DNA from: Candidatus Bathyarchaeota archaeon
GTDB taxonomy: Archaea > Thermoproteota > Bathyarchaeia > Bathyarchaeales > Bathycorpusculaceae
Direction: 5' to 3'
Length of the DNA stretch: 64,000 nt
Assembly (NCBI GenBank): GCA_963772455.1
Contig: CAVYXJ010000007.1
Span: 384,001 to 448,000 of the forward strand
Shown: piece after piece, positions 39,319 through 48,623 of the stretch
How positions within the stretch are numbered: the first letter of the stretch is position 1
How the letters are laid out: each line of letters starts with the position of its first letter
Position numbers and translations under genes: made by a program
Notes under the pieces: model-generated
Told to the model about the DNA's origin: nothing
Databases searched by the model: none
The model's input: the letters and a program-made list of their open reading frames with translations, nothing else

Positions 39319-40020
39319 TTGAGCGCTTTTACGAGAATCAGGCGAAACGAATATTTCAAGTCGGCAATAGTAATTCTTCTAATTGTTTCTGTAGTTTTAG
39401 GAATTTACTTTGGTGTACAATTCGCGCTAGGTACAGCAGTTCCAATTAGAGTAGTGGAAAGCGGTAGCATGTGCGTACCATACGATGGTCTTTGCAACGG
39501 CTGGAGCCACCCCTTTGAACAAACACTCCATGTAGGAGACATAATTGTAATTCAGAAAGTGAACCCAGCGGACCTCAACGACAACTACCCCAACAGCGAT
39601 ATAATCGTTTATGAAAACCCAAACGACCAATCATCTACGCCCATAGTCCACCGCATAGTTGAAACCTACAAAATCAATGGCACAATATATTTCCAAACTA
39701 AAGGTGACGGCAACAGCGGCGACAAATGGCCAAACCCCGTCTCACCTCAAGAATACGATTCCCGAACCCTCTGGAGCAGCGGACAAGGAGTTCCACAAGA
39801 CCTTGTAATAGGCAAAGTTGTTATGCGCATTCCATATTTTGGATGGGTTACCCTTTTCCTGCGAAATAATCCGTGGGGTTTGCCAGTCGTAATCGCACTC
39901 ATATTGATACTCGTACTTCTTGAATTTGTTATTCCTATGATCAGAGGCAAAAAAGGCAAGCCTAAAGAAGAACAAAAAACCGAGACTATTGAGGATAATT
40001 CTACATTAACAGGTTTGTAA
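39319..40020 (+). CDS. Signal peptidase I (Sec11-type)
   Basis: VVESGSM, GDIIV, IVHRIV, TKGDGN, IPYFG. Confidence 0.9.
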   Translation: MSAFTRIRRNEYFKSAIVILLIVSVVLGIYFGVQFALGTAVPIRVVESGSMCVPYDGLCNGWSHPFEQTLHVGDIIVIQKVNPADLNDNYPNSDIIVYENPNDQSSTPIVHRIVETYKINGTIYFQTKGDGNSGDKWPNPVSPQEYDSRTLWSSGQGVPQDLVIGKVVMRIPYFGWVTLFLRNNPWGLPVVIALILILVLLEFVIPMIRGKKGKPKEEQKTETIEDNSTLTGL

Positions 40021-40047
40021 CGAAGTCTAAAAGATTGGAAACCGTTG

Positions 40048-40605
40048 CTATAACTTTGCACTGTTTGCGAGTTCTTTAGCCCATCCACGAATTTCTTCCC
40101 AGTCACGCAACTCGTAAACTCCAGGCGACGACTCTTTGAAGCCATCTTTTTGGAGCTGAGGTTTGAGGAAACCAAGTGTTTTTCTTGTAATTATGTTCAT
40201 TTTGTTGAAGTCTAAAACGCCGCCAAAGAAACCCAAGCTTATTGGTTTAAGATTATACTTGGTAACTTTGTCTTCGAGCTCCATCTTGCGAGTTTTTGCT
40301 AGTTCCTCGGTTTTTCCTTCCCGTTCAGTGACTGTTTTCATGGTTGAAATAAAAAGCGCAACTTTCTTTTGACCAAGTTCTTTTTGGAATTTTTTCAAGA
40401 AATCTTCAGCTTCACCCGTCCACCTCCCGAATTGCATGCCACTGCCCACGATTATTAAGTTGAATAATGAGATGTCTTTGATTTTCTCTTCTTTCGCATT
40501 TACAACTTTAACGTCACAACCCTCTGATTGAAGGACTTTTGCAATTTCTTCAGATGTGCTAGCTGTTGCGCCGTACCTTGTGCCATAAACAAGCAAAGTT
40601 TTCAT
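40048..40605 (-). CDS. Flavodoxin (HemG-like domain)
   Basis: YGTRYGAT, FFGG, RDWEEIRGWA. Confidence 0.85.
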   Translation of the reverse strand: MKTLLVYGTRYGATASTSEEIAKVLQSEGCDVKVVNAKEEKIKDISLFNLIIVGSGMQFGRWTGEAEDFLKKFQKELGQKKVALFISTMKTVTEREGKTEELAKTRKMELEDKVTKYNLKPISLGFFGGVLDFNKMNIITRKTLGFLKPQLQKDGFKESSPGVYELRDWEEIRGWAKELANSAKL

Positions 40606-40618
40606 GTTTCAGGCTTCC

Positions 40619-41071
40619 TTAAGAAATCAAACCTTTGGCGAAGGCTTCAGCTTGCTTTAGGTCATCTTCATTAGGATGCCCTTTTTGAATACCGCCAAAA
40701 ATTTTGAGAGCACCATAAGTGTCAAATCCTGCACAATTAAAATCTCCAACAATACTGAAGCCTTTAGACTCAAGCGCTTCTCTAAGTTTCTGATGGAATT
40801 TTGGTGTTTTTCCCGTTTGACCACTGGTTGAGAAAATGAATGCTTTCTTTTTAGTTACCGGAGGCAACTTTTCAGCAAAATCAAGCAGCACCTTGTAGTG
40901 TTTTCCAAAAGAAATCCCCGAACCAAACCCTACAAGGTCATATTCAGAAAACCCTTGCGGACTAATTTCGCCTGGCATTTTAACTTCAGCGTTGAGGGTT
41001 TTAGCCAAGACTGAAGCGATTTTATCTGTGTTTTTGTGGTGATAAGAGAAACAGACTATAAACGTTTTCAT
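40619..41071 (-). CDS. Flavodoxin family protein
   Basis: SYHHKNTDKIA, GFGSGI, FSTSG, KGHPNEDDL. Confidence 0.85.
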   Translation of the reverse strand: MKTFIVCFSYHHKNTDKIASVLAKTLNAEVKMPGEISPQGFSEYDLVGFGSGISFGKHYKVLLDFAEKLPPVTKKKAFIFSTSGQTGKTPKFHQKLREALESKGFSIVGDFNCAGFDTYGALKIFGGIQKGHPNEDDLKQAEAFAKGLIS

Positions 41072-41189
41072 AAGTGTCACGAGCATTTGAGTTTGAGTCA
41101 GTTAGCCTATTATGTTTTTTGGCTATAGTCTTGATTAGCTAGAAATCAGTTTATATACTGAATTGACTTAATTTTTGTAGGGATAAATT

Positions 41190-41648
41190 TTGGCTTCTCA
41201 AAAACTTTTAGAATATCTAAACATGGGCATAGCCCGCGAACTCCAAGTCAGCATCCAATACATGTGGCAACATGTTCAAGTTACAGGCACCGACGGGGTC
41301 ATAGTTGAAGACATTTTGCGCAAGACAGCAATCGCCGAAATGAAACATGCCGAACGCCTCGCCGAACGATTAGACTACCTCAATGGAATAGCCACAATCA
41401 AACCTGACCCAATTTTCGTGCGCGGCAGTCTTATCGAAATGCTCAAACAAAATGAACAGGACGAAGAAAAAGCCATCAACCTCTACAAACAAGCAATCCA
41501 AGTGGCAGCAGAAGAAGGCGACTACACCACAAGGCGATTATTGGAAGAAATTTTGGCGGAAGAAGAAGACCACATAAACACTTTTGGCAAACTCCTCGTT
41601 GGTTTCACTGAACCGTTTACACAACCAGGAACATCACGCATAGAATAA
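41190..41648 (+). CDS. Bacterioferritin-like / ferritin-like protein
   Basis: ARELQVSIQY, EMKHAE, EEKAI..Y, EEEDH. Confidence 0.88.
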   Translation: MASQKLLEYLNMGIARELQVSIQYMWQHVQVTGTDGVIVEDILRKTAIAEMKHAERLAERLDYLNGIATIKPDPIFVRGSLIEMLKQNEQDEEKAINLYKQAIQVAAEEGDYTTRRLLEEILAEEEDHINTFGKLLVGFTEPFTQPGTSRIE

Positions 41649-41667
41649 AAAAGAAAAAGAAAACGTT

Positions 41668-43014
41668 CTAGCGCAGTTTCATGAGCACCATTTCTGCGGC
41701 AAGTACCATGGGTTCCCATGTTTCACATAGAGGCGGTGCATATGCAGTGTCAGCTTTGGCGAGTTCGCGCACTGTCATTCCTTTTTGGATTGCAAAGCTT
41801 AAGCAGTTTATGCGTTGCGTAACTTCTTCTCCTCCGACGACCTGTCCGCCCACGATGCGCTGAGATTCTTTTTCTACAACGATCTTGATTTTTATGGGTT
41901 TAGCGCCTGGGAAATAATCAGCCTTCGTCTTGCTGCTTATGGCTCCCGTGACGACTTCGATTCGGTTGCGGGCAGCTGAGGTTTCGGTTAAACCTGTGTT
42001 ACCGGCTTCAATCTCAAAGAGCCTTGTTACGGCTGAAGCTAAAACTCCACTAAACTGACTGTAGTCGCCTCCTGCGTTTGCACCAGCAACTTTACCCTGG
42101 CGAACCGCAATGGTTCCAAGCTGAGCGCACATAGGTTTGTGGGTGATGATGTTTGGGGCTTCGGCGCAGTCGCCAACAGCGTAAACGTCTTTTACGTCGG
42201 TTTCCATTCGCCCGTTAGTCTTAATTGCTCTTGTCTCGCCCAAAGGAATTCCAGCTTCCATAGCGAGTTTCGTGTTCGCACGTACACCGAAGGCACTTAT
42301 GAACAAGTCTGCTTCGATTTTTTCTCCGCCAGCCATAACAGCTGTAACTTTGTCTTCGCCCAAGAATTCTTCGACGCCTTTGCTGGTGAGAATAGTCATG
42401 CCTTTCTCCTGCAAATGTTCTAGGACCAGTTTTGCCATATCCGCATCAAGAAGCTGGGGTAAAATCTGAGGAAGCATTTCAACGATTGTAACTTTTAGGC
42501 CTCTCTCCATTAATCCAACACCGACTTCTAAACCGATTAAGCCTGCACCCATTATGACAGCGGATTTTGCTCCTGCGTTAACAGCGGCATCGATTTTTTC
42601 GCCATCTTCTATGGTTCGAAGACTTAGGATGCCGGGTTTTTCTTTACCTTTAATGGGCGGAATAAATGAGTCTGCGCCAGTTGCAATTACGAGACTGTCA
42701 TAGGGCAAAACTTCGACGGCGCCTTCCTTAGTTGCAACGGTTACGGTTTTTTCTTTAGTGTTAATTGCTGTGGCTTTGGTTTCAGTACGCAAATTTAGTT
42801 TGAGCATTTGGAAGTATGCTGGAGCATAAACAACTAAATTGTGAAAACACGAAATTTGTCCTCCGATAACGAAGGGTAAGCCGCAACGGGAGTATCCAGC
42901 ATTCTTTTCCTGAGTAACTAAGGTAACTTCAGCTGTTCGATCTTTCTTGCGTGCAGCTGAGGCAGCTTCAACGCCTGCAGCGTTAGCGCCGATTATAAGT
43001 ACTCTTCTAACCAT
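41668..43014 (-). CDS. FAD-dependent pyridine nucleotide-disulfide oxidoreductase (NADH oxidase / CoA-disulfide reductase family)
   Basis: GANAAG, YSRCGLP, GAGLIGLE, YAVGDC, YAPP. Confidence 0.9.
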   Translation of the reverse strand: MVRRVLIIGANAAGVEAASAARKKDRTAEVTLVTQEKNAGYSRCGLPFVIGGQISCFHNLVVYAPAYFQMLKLNLRTETKATAINTKEKTVTVATKEGAVEVLPYDSLVIATGADSFIPPIKGKEKPGILSLRTIEDGEKIDAAVNAGAKSAVIMGAGLIGLEVGVGLMERGLKVTIVEMLPQILPQLLDADMAKLVLEHLQEKGMTILTSKGVEEFLGEDKVTAVMAGGEKIEADLFISAFGVRANTKLAMEAGIPLGETRAIKTNGRMETDVKDVYAVGDCAEAPNIITHKPMCAQLGTIAVRQGKVAGANAGGDYSQFSGVLASAVTRLFEIEAGNTGLTETSAARNRIEVVTGAISSKTKADYFPGAKPIKIKIVVEKESQRIVGGQVVGGEEVTQRINCLSFAIQKGMTVRELAKADTAYAPPLCETWEPMVLAAEMVLMKLR

Positions 43015-43032
43015 CCGATTTGCCTTCACTTA

Positions 43033-43449
43033 TTATTTACAAGCGGCTTGCGCTTTATGCCATTCAACAGCTTTGTCAAAATCCATTAAGTTCGCAAGTT
43101 CAGCTTGCAGGTTTGAGGGAGTAATAACGATTAACCATCCTTTCGTGTAAGGATCTTCATTTAGGGTCTCTGGTTTAGACTGAACTTCATCGTTAACTTC
43201 TTGAATAGTTCCACTTACGGCTGCAACCAGATCAGAGACGGCTTTAACAGACTCCAACGTTCCGTAAGGTTCGCCCTGCTTCACTTCAGAGCCAATACTT
43301 GGCAATTCTGCATAAACGATTTCCCGCAACGACTTCTGCGCATAGTCAGTAATACCCATGCGGATTTTATCGCCTTCAACTTTAACCCATTCAAAATCTT
43401 TAGAGAAAAAGAGACCTTCTGGAACTTCGTACGATTCAACTTTTACCAT
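43033..43449 (-). CDS. gcvH: Glycine cleavage system H protein (lipoyl carrier)
   Basis: GITDYAQ, LESVKAVSD, NEDPY..GW. Confidence 0.93.
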   Translation of the reverse strand: MVKVESYEVPEGLFFSKDFEWVKVEGDKIRMGITDYAQKSLREIVYAELPSIGSEVKQGEPYGTLESVKAVSDLVAAVSGTIQEVNDEVQSKPETLNEDPYTKGWLIVITPSNLQAELANLMDFDKAVEWHKAQAACK

Positions 43450-43527
43450 GACATAAACCTTCTGAATGTTATTAAGTTACCAGATTAGCATCCAACATAA
43501 AAGGTTTAATGAAAGAGGAAACGGGTT

Positions 43528-44613
43528 TTAGCGTTCTCGCTTGCCCGCTATCCAATCTTCCGTCCATTCCCGCGCTTGCGAATCAGGCACTTGGATTGGC
43601 GGATGCTTAAACGCATAAGACGGCATACTTAGCAATGCGCCGGAGATTTTGCGATCTAAAGCAATTTTGGCTGCTCTGATAAGGTCGATTACGACGCCTG
43701 CGCTGTTCGGGGAATCTTCTACTTCGAGTTTTGCACTGATGTTTATGGGGCGGTCGCCGAATGCACGGGTTTTGATTGACAGATAACATATTTTCTTGTT
43801 TTTTAGGAAAGGCACAAAATCTGATGGTCCGATTCTTGTCGGCAAATTGTAAGGCACGAGGCTGGTAACCGCTTCGGTTTTGCTGATGCGTTTACTGGTG
43901 AGGCGGTTTTCCACGGTCATGTTCTGGAAGTCAGTGTCGCCGCCAAGGTTTAACTGGTAAGTTTCATCTACAATGGCACCACGGTCGAGACAAAGCCTGA
44001 TAAGTGTACGGTGAAGAATGGTGGCGCCCACTTGGCTTTTGATGTCGTCACCTAAAACGGGCAACCCTGCAGCCTCGAATTTTTTAGGCCATTCTTTGGT
44101 GACGTCGGACCCAATGAATTCAGGCATACAATTCACGAATGCGCAACCTGCGTCGATGGCGCATTGGGCGTAGAATCGGACTGCGTCGTGGCTGCCGACG
44201 GGCAAATAGTTAACGAGTACCTGGGTTTTTGTTTCTTTGAGGATTTTGACGATGCTGTTTTTTGGGGTTTTGCTGTCGTCGAAGACATTGAAGGTTTCCC
44301 TCATGTGAGGTGCTACGCCATCAAGGATCGGTGCTGGAGAAACTTTAACGCCCAAGTTTGGGACGTCAGCGAATTTTTCGCATACGTTAGGTTTAATCCA
44401 AATGGCTTCGGAGAGGTCTTTGCCTATTTTGGCTTTGTTAACTTCAAACGCTGCGACAAAATGGATATCACTTATGTGGTATCCGCCATAGTTCACGTGC
44501 ATTAGCCCTGGAATCGTTGTGTCTTCTTTTGCATCCTTATAGTATTGTGTTCCTTGAATGAGGGCTGATGCGCTGTTGCCAACGCCAATGAGTGCTACGC
44601 GAATTTCTGGCAT
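43528..44613 (-). CDS. ino1: myo-Inositol-1-phosphate synthase
   Basis: GVGNSAS, NYLPVGS, GDDIKSQVGAT, YQLNLGGDTDF, EDSPNSAG. Confidence 0.95.
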   Translation of the reverse strand: MPEIRVALIGVGNSASALIQGTQYYKDAKEDTTIPGLMHVNYGGYHISDIHFVAAFEVNKAKIGKDLSEAIWIKPNVCEKFADVPNLGVKVSPAPILDGVAPHMRETFNVFDDSKTPKNSIVKILKETKTQVLVNYLPVGSHDAVRFYAQCAIDAGCAFVNCMPEFIGSDVTKEWPKKFEAAGLPVLGDDIKSQVGATILHRTLIRLCLDRGAIVDETYQLNLGGDTDFQNMTVENRLTSKRISKTEAVTSLVPYNLPTRIGPSDFVPFLKNKKICYLSIKTRAFGDRPINISAKLEVEDSPNSAGVVIDLIRAAKIALDRKISGALLSMPSYAFKHPPIQVPDSQAREWTEDWIAGKRER

Positions 44614-44723
44614 AAAACATTAACCATCCAATGCATTGAGTTAGTTTAGGCTAATGTGCGTCTACGCTATAACTTTTTCTAAAGAAACAAAGTTTTTCCT
44701 GTTAGGTGAAATGAAATAGTTCT

Positions 44724-44930
44724 TTAACTATCGGTTTTGACAGATTTGGTTTTGTTTTCATTCGTCTTGTCTTCAAGAATAAGTTGGGCTAAGAGGCAGG
44801 TAATATAAGCTGAAAAACTTTGAATACCTTTCTTTAGTGTGTATTCATCTTTGACTTTTAGCCATTCCTTATAAAAGTAATCGTAAACTTCTGCTTTGAC
44901 AGTTATGGTTTTGTAGCCTTTTTTGGGCAT
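44724..44930 (-). CDS. Small ribbon-helix-helix-like protein
   Basis: MPKKGYKTITVKAEVYD...SFSAYIT. Confidence 0.7.
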   Translation of the reverse strand: MPKKGYKTITVKAEVYDYFYKEWLKVKDEYTLKKGIQSFSAYITCLLAQLILEDKTNENKTKSVKTDS

Positions 44931-45075
44931 TTATTCCACTGCCGATATTATCTGGACGTACAATATTTAAGGTTTAAGAAAATAATTACGAAAGTGGACA
45001 TGTACGAAACTTTGTTGAACCATTAATTTTATATTTGTTTGCACTTTAAAGTACGAACAGGAGAAGTTGAGCTTT

Positions 45076-45222
45076 TTGCCGCGAAAAGGCTACAAATGTA
45101 TAACAATTAACGAAAAAATACATGAAGATATTAAAAAAAGAGCTCAAGAAACTAACCGCACCATGAAAGAGTATGTAGAATACTTACTCGCCAAAAATAA
45201 AGACTTCAAAGAAAAAAAATAG
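45076..45222 (+). CDS. Small ribbon-helix-helix-like protein (48 aa, not in ORF track)
   Basis: TTG start: MPRKGYKCITINEKIHEDIKKRAQETNRTMKEYVEYLL. Confidence 0.7.
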   Translation: MPRKGYKCITINEKIHEDIKKRAQETNRTMKEYVEYLLAKNKDFKEKK

Positions 45223-45297
45223 AGCTTTCCAAGCAAAGTTTTTTTAGGCAAAATTAAAAGGGAACGGACTACACCTAAATAGTCAACTGGTGAAACA

Positions 45298-45669
45298 TTG
45301 AGCACAAATGAAATCGCCGTTTCTTATGAACCATTCAAAGAAATTGTAATTATGGAAAAAACCCGTTTTAACAGCCCCGAGGAAATTGCCCGCTTTACCT
45401 CTGTGATTGCTGGCGGCAAATTAGCAGGGTTATATTGGGTTGAAGGCGTAGTTTTTCTGTATTTTCCGCTTACTGCTTCAACAGCAATTGTTGCTAAGGA
45501 ACTGCTTGAGAAACACAAGGTCTATTGGACTTTTGTAGGTTACGCTATGATGCCCAAGTATATGCCAATTATTGAAACTAAGGAAAAAATGATTGTGCCA
45601 GTGGTTGAAATTACTTCCGATCCTATTCTGAAGTCTGTTGCTCTTTGGCTTAAGGAATTAAAGCAGTAA
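45298..45669 (+). CDS. Conserved hypothetical archaeal protein
   Basis: 123-aa ORF, PFKEIVIME...LYWVEGVVF. Confidence 0.65.
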   Translation: MSTNEIAVSYEPFKEIVIMEKTRFNSPEEIARFTSVIAGGKLAGLYWVEGVVFLYFPLTASTAIVAKELLEKHKVYWTFVGYAMMPKYMPIIETKEKMIVPVVEITSDPILKSVALWLKELKQ

Positions 45670-45678
45670 GGCTTTGTT

Positions 45679-46065
45679 TTGCCAAAAATAGTTTTTGAAG
45701 GCACAGTCATCTCTGGTGAGGGCAAGGGCAAAAAATTTGTTGCGTTACCCTGGTTTAAGCAACAGGTGGAAGAAAAGCTGGGTTTTTCTCCGTATTTGGG
45801 AACTTTAAACCTGCGTTTATCTGTAAAAGAAGCGGAAAAAAGAATTTTGCTTGAAAACGCAGATGGTTTATTGGTTGAACCACAAACAGGCTACTACCCC
45901 GGATTGTTGTTCAAAGCAACCATCAATGCATTGGAGTGCGGGGTTGTAATTCCGATAATGCCTAATTATCCAAACGACGTCTTAGAAATTATTGCACCAG
46001 TCTATTTACGTGGGCTGCTTAAATTAAAGAATAGCAGCTTGGTAGTTGTCTCCGTTAATGTTTAG
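45679..46065 (+). CDS. ribK: CTP-dependent riboflavin kinase (no N-terminal HTH)
   Basis: GTVISGEGKG, LGFSPYLGTLNL, LEIIAPVYLR. Confidence 0.88.
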   Translation: MPKIVFEGTVISGEGKGKKFVALPWFKQQVEEKLGFSPYLGTLNLRLSVKEAEKRILLENADGLLVEPQTGYYPGLLFKATINALECGVVIPIMPNYPNDVLEIIAPVYLRGLLKLKNSSLVVVSVNV

Positions 46066-47554
46066 AACTATTTGCTTTTTTGAATACATCAATGTACTCA
46101 TCTAAGCCACCTGACTTTTTCAGGTAGGAACCATAAGTTACCAACGCCTTCATGGCGCGTGCCGCATCCTCAGGAGATTCAAACGAGGGAACGCCAAGCT
46201 TGTCAAAGCGTTTGCGGGTATAGAGAGCCATTTCTGTTTCGCCGATGTCACACATAACTATTGGCTTGTTGTAGTTTTCGGCCACTTTAACAATGCCATC
46301 GATGTACACTTCGCGGAGCCCTGGCATGTGATGTAGTCCAAGAAGAATTATTCCATTGATTGTAGGGTCCTGAAACATCAGGTCAGCTGCCATGACAAAC
46401 ATGTCATCAATAACGGAACCCGTTAGGTCAACTGGGTTTGAGGTAGCTGCAATCTTTAGGATGATATTTTGATCTTTTAGTTCTTGGAATTTCTTCAAAG
46501 TATCCTCAGTGAAACGTTCCACCGTTAAACCTAAGACTTCGCATTCGTCCACGGTCATAACGCCTGGTCCGCCTGCGTCGGTTAAGATACCGATATTTTT
46601 ACCCATAGCTGGGGGCTGCATAGCTAAAGCTTTGCCTATATCAAAGAACTCCTCCATGTCGCGTGCCCTGATCACTCCACCTTGCTCGAAGGCTGCAGCA
46701 TAGATTTTGTCTGAGCCAGCGATTGCACCCGTGTGGGATGCTGCGGCTCTTGCACCAGCGGCACTTCTGCCTGACTTGATGATTACTATGGGTTTTTTGA
46801 CTGTGACCTTTTTAGCGATTTTGAGGAATTCTCTTCCAGCCGCGATGTCTTCGAGATAAACAAGGATAACCTTGGTTTCTTTATCATGTAAAAGGTAGTG
46901 GAGAATATCGGATTCAGTAACATCACATTTATTGCCAAAACTCACGAATTTGCTAACGCCCATCTGCCGCCCTGTCAAGTAATCTAAGGCTGCTACGCCG
47001 AAAGCACCGCTTTGCGTAATCATAGCAATGTTGCCAGGCATCGGTCTTGGGGTTGCAACAACTTCTTCCCCCGTTGTTAAAATTTTTGTTTCGGGAAGAA
47101 ACAGGGTGTCGATTCCTGTTTTTGAATAATAAACACCTAGGCAGTTGGGTCCTAAAACTCTTATTCCACCCTTTGTTGCTGCGGAAACTACTTGATCTTC
47201 AAGTTCTTTATTTCCAACTTCTTTAAACCCTGAACTGATAATAATGGCATTTTTAACTTTTTTAGCTGCTGCCTCCTCCATTATGGAAGGCACAAACTTT
47301 GCTGGAACAATAACTACGATTAAGTCGATTTTACATGGGATTTGACTTAGAGATGAGTAGCATTTGAATCCTAAAATTGAATCTTCGTTTGGGTTAACAG
47401 GGTAGAGTTCACCTTTGAAGACTCCATGCTGCTTGTTGGAGGCGAAGTTCTTGAAAATAACGTGACCTGCTTTGTCAGCTTTTTTTGTAGCGCCAATTAC
47501 TGCAACTGAATGGGGATTAAAGAATGCATCCATCTTCTGTAGTGTTTCTTCCAT
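46055..47554 (-). CDS. acdA: ADP-forming acetyl-CoA synthetase, alpha subunit
   Basis: PHSVAVIGA, GPNCLG, TQSGA, SHTGAIAG, NPVDLTG. Confidence 0.9.
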   Translation of the reverse strand: MEETLQKMDAFFNPHSVAVIGATKKADKAGHVIFKNFASNKQHGVFKGELYPVNPNEDSILGFKCYSSLSQIPCKIDLIVVIVPAKFVPSIMEEAAAKKVKNAIIISSGFKEVGNKELEDQVVSAATKGGIRVLGPNCLGVYYSKTGIDTLFLPETKILTTGEEVVATPRPMPGNIAMITQSGAFGVAALDYLTGRQMGVSKFVSFGNKCDVTESDILHYLLHDKETKVILVYLEDIAAGREFLKIAKKVTVKKPIVIIKSGRSAAGARAAASHTGAIAGSDKIYAAAFEQGGVIRARDMEEFFDIGKALAMQPPAMGKNIGILTDAGGPGVMTVDECEVLGLTVERFTEDTLKKFQELKDQNIILKIAATSNPVDLTGSVIDDMFVMAADLMFQDPTINGIILLGLHHMPGLREVYIDGIVKVAENYNKPIVMCDIGETEMALYTRKRFDKLGVPSFESPEDAARAMKALVTYGSYLKKSGGLDEYIDVFKKANSSKH

Positions 47555-47655
47555 ACCTTATCCCACGTATCGCTAAGTGCTTGCAAATCGCATTTTTATG
47601 TATTACTCTCAAAGAAATCTATTTTTTGTTACTTCACTATTTGTTTTCTTGCGTA

Positions 47656-48507
47656 TTAACTTTCTTTGGACGTTCTCCTCACGATTACTAAAGGCTTGTG
47701 TCGGATTGCTTCAAGCATCTCCCAAGTTACATCATTAACCTCGACTTTAAATCTCGCAGCCATATCCCACACAGTAGCGCCTGAACCTGGACCACGCGCT
47801 TTATCGGCAATGTTCGTGATTTTCAACGCTTCACTCGCCGAGAGATCACAACCTATAGCCGTGAGTGGTGTGGAACTTTTCTTTAGCTTAAAGATTCTTC
47901 CCAAAATGAAAGTAGTGCTAGCACCCAGTGAATGTATGCCGTTGAATGGTTTTGGCCGCGGAGTAAAAAAGAAGTTGTGGAACTTGTAGGTTTTATCTGT
48001 GTCAGCAATTATTATGCAAACATTTTTGTTTAGCTTTTGCCGGATTTGGATTTGGATTTTCTGCGCCAACTCTGCAGGATTACTCAAGGGCAAGCTCACA
48101 TATGAGTACGGCAAATTCGAGCCATCTATTCCGCCTTCCGAGCCAAACATAAGCGCTTGCCAGAACCCAGCGTATTGCAATGCGACTTGTTTGTGTCGGC
48201 TGCCAGACTCCAAAGGATAAGTTCGAAGTCGCCTTAGCAACCGCGGACCAAAACCAACTAAAATTCCAAGCGTATAACCCCAGATAAAACGCATCCAGAA
48301 ACCCGCCAAAACTCTTGCACTCCATCTTGGCTCAAAAGCGCTTTCATCCACCATGTTGCCCAACGCAGTTGAAATTGCCTTCTCCGAAACTACAACAAAG
48401 TCTCCATTTTTTATTTTGCCATCTAAAGCCAAAACTATTTTGTCAAGGTAATTGTCTTTTGGTTTCCAGTAACTAGTTGTAAGTGCTAACGAGGAATACT
48501 TTGTCAT
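47656..48507 (-). CDS. CofE-like (F420-0:gamma-glutamyl ligase family) protein
   Basis: DFVVVSEKAIS, GGIDGSN, IIIADTD. Confidence 0.75.
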   Translation of the reverse strand: MTKYSSLALTTSYWKPKDNYLDKIVLALDGKIKNGDFVVVSEKAISTALGNMVDESAFEPRWSARVLAGFWMRFIWGYTLGILVGFGPRLLRRLRTYPLESGSRHKQVALQYAGFWQALMFGSEGGIDGSNLPYSYVSLPLSNPAELAQKIQIQIRQKLNKNVCIIIADTDKTYKFHNFFFTPRPKPFNGIHSLGASTTFILGRIFKLKKSSTPLTAIGCDLSASEALKITNIADKARGPGSGATVWDMAARFKVEVNDVTWEMLEAIRHKPLVIVRRTSKES

Positions 48508-48599
48508 TCTACTTGGTTGTAGGTGCTTCGTCTATAGAATAACATTGCTGCTGCCGCTGCAATTAGCATGATTGTGACAATGGCGATTGAGGAGAATTC
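48504..48599 (-). pseudogene. Orphan PEF-CTERM-like sorting-tail remnant
   Basis: EFSSIAIVTIMLIAAAAAMLFYRRSTYNQVE*; in-frame stop just upstream; its TGA overlaps the next ATG. Confidence 0.45.
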
Positions 48600-48623
48600 G
48601 GTTTACTTAGAGAGCCTGAAACA

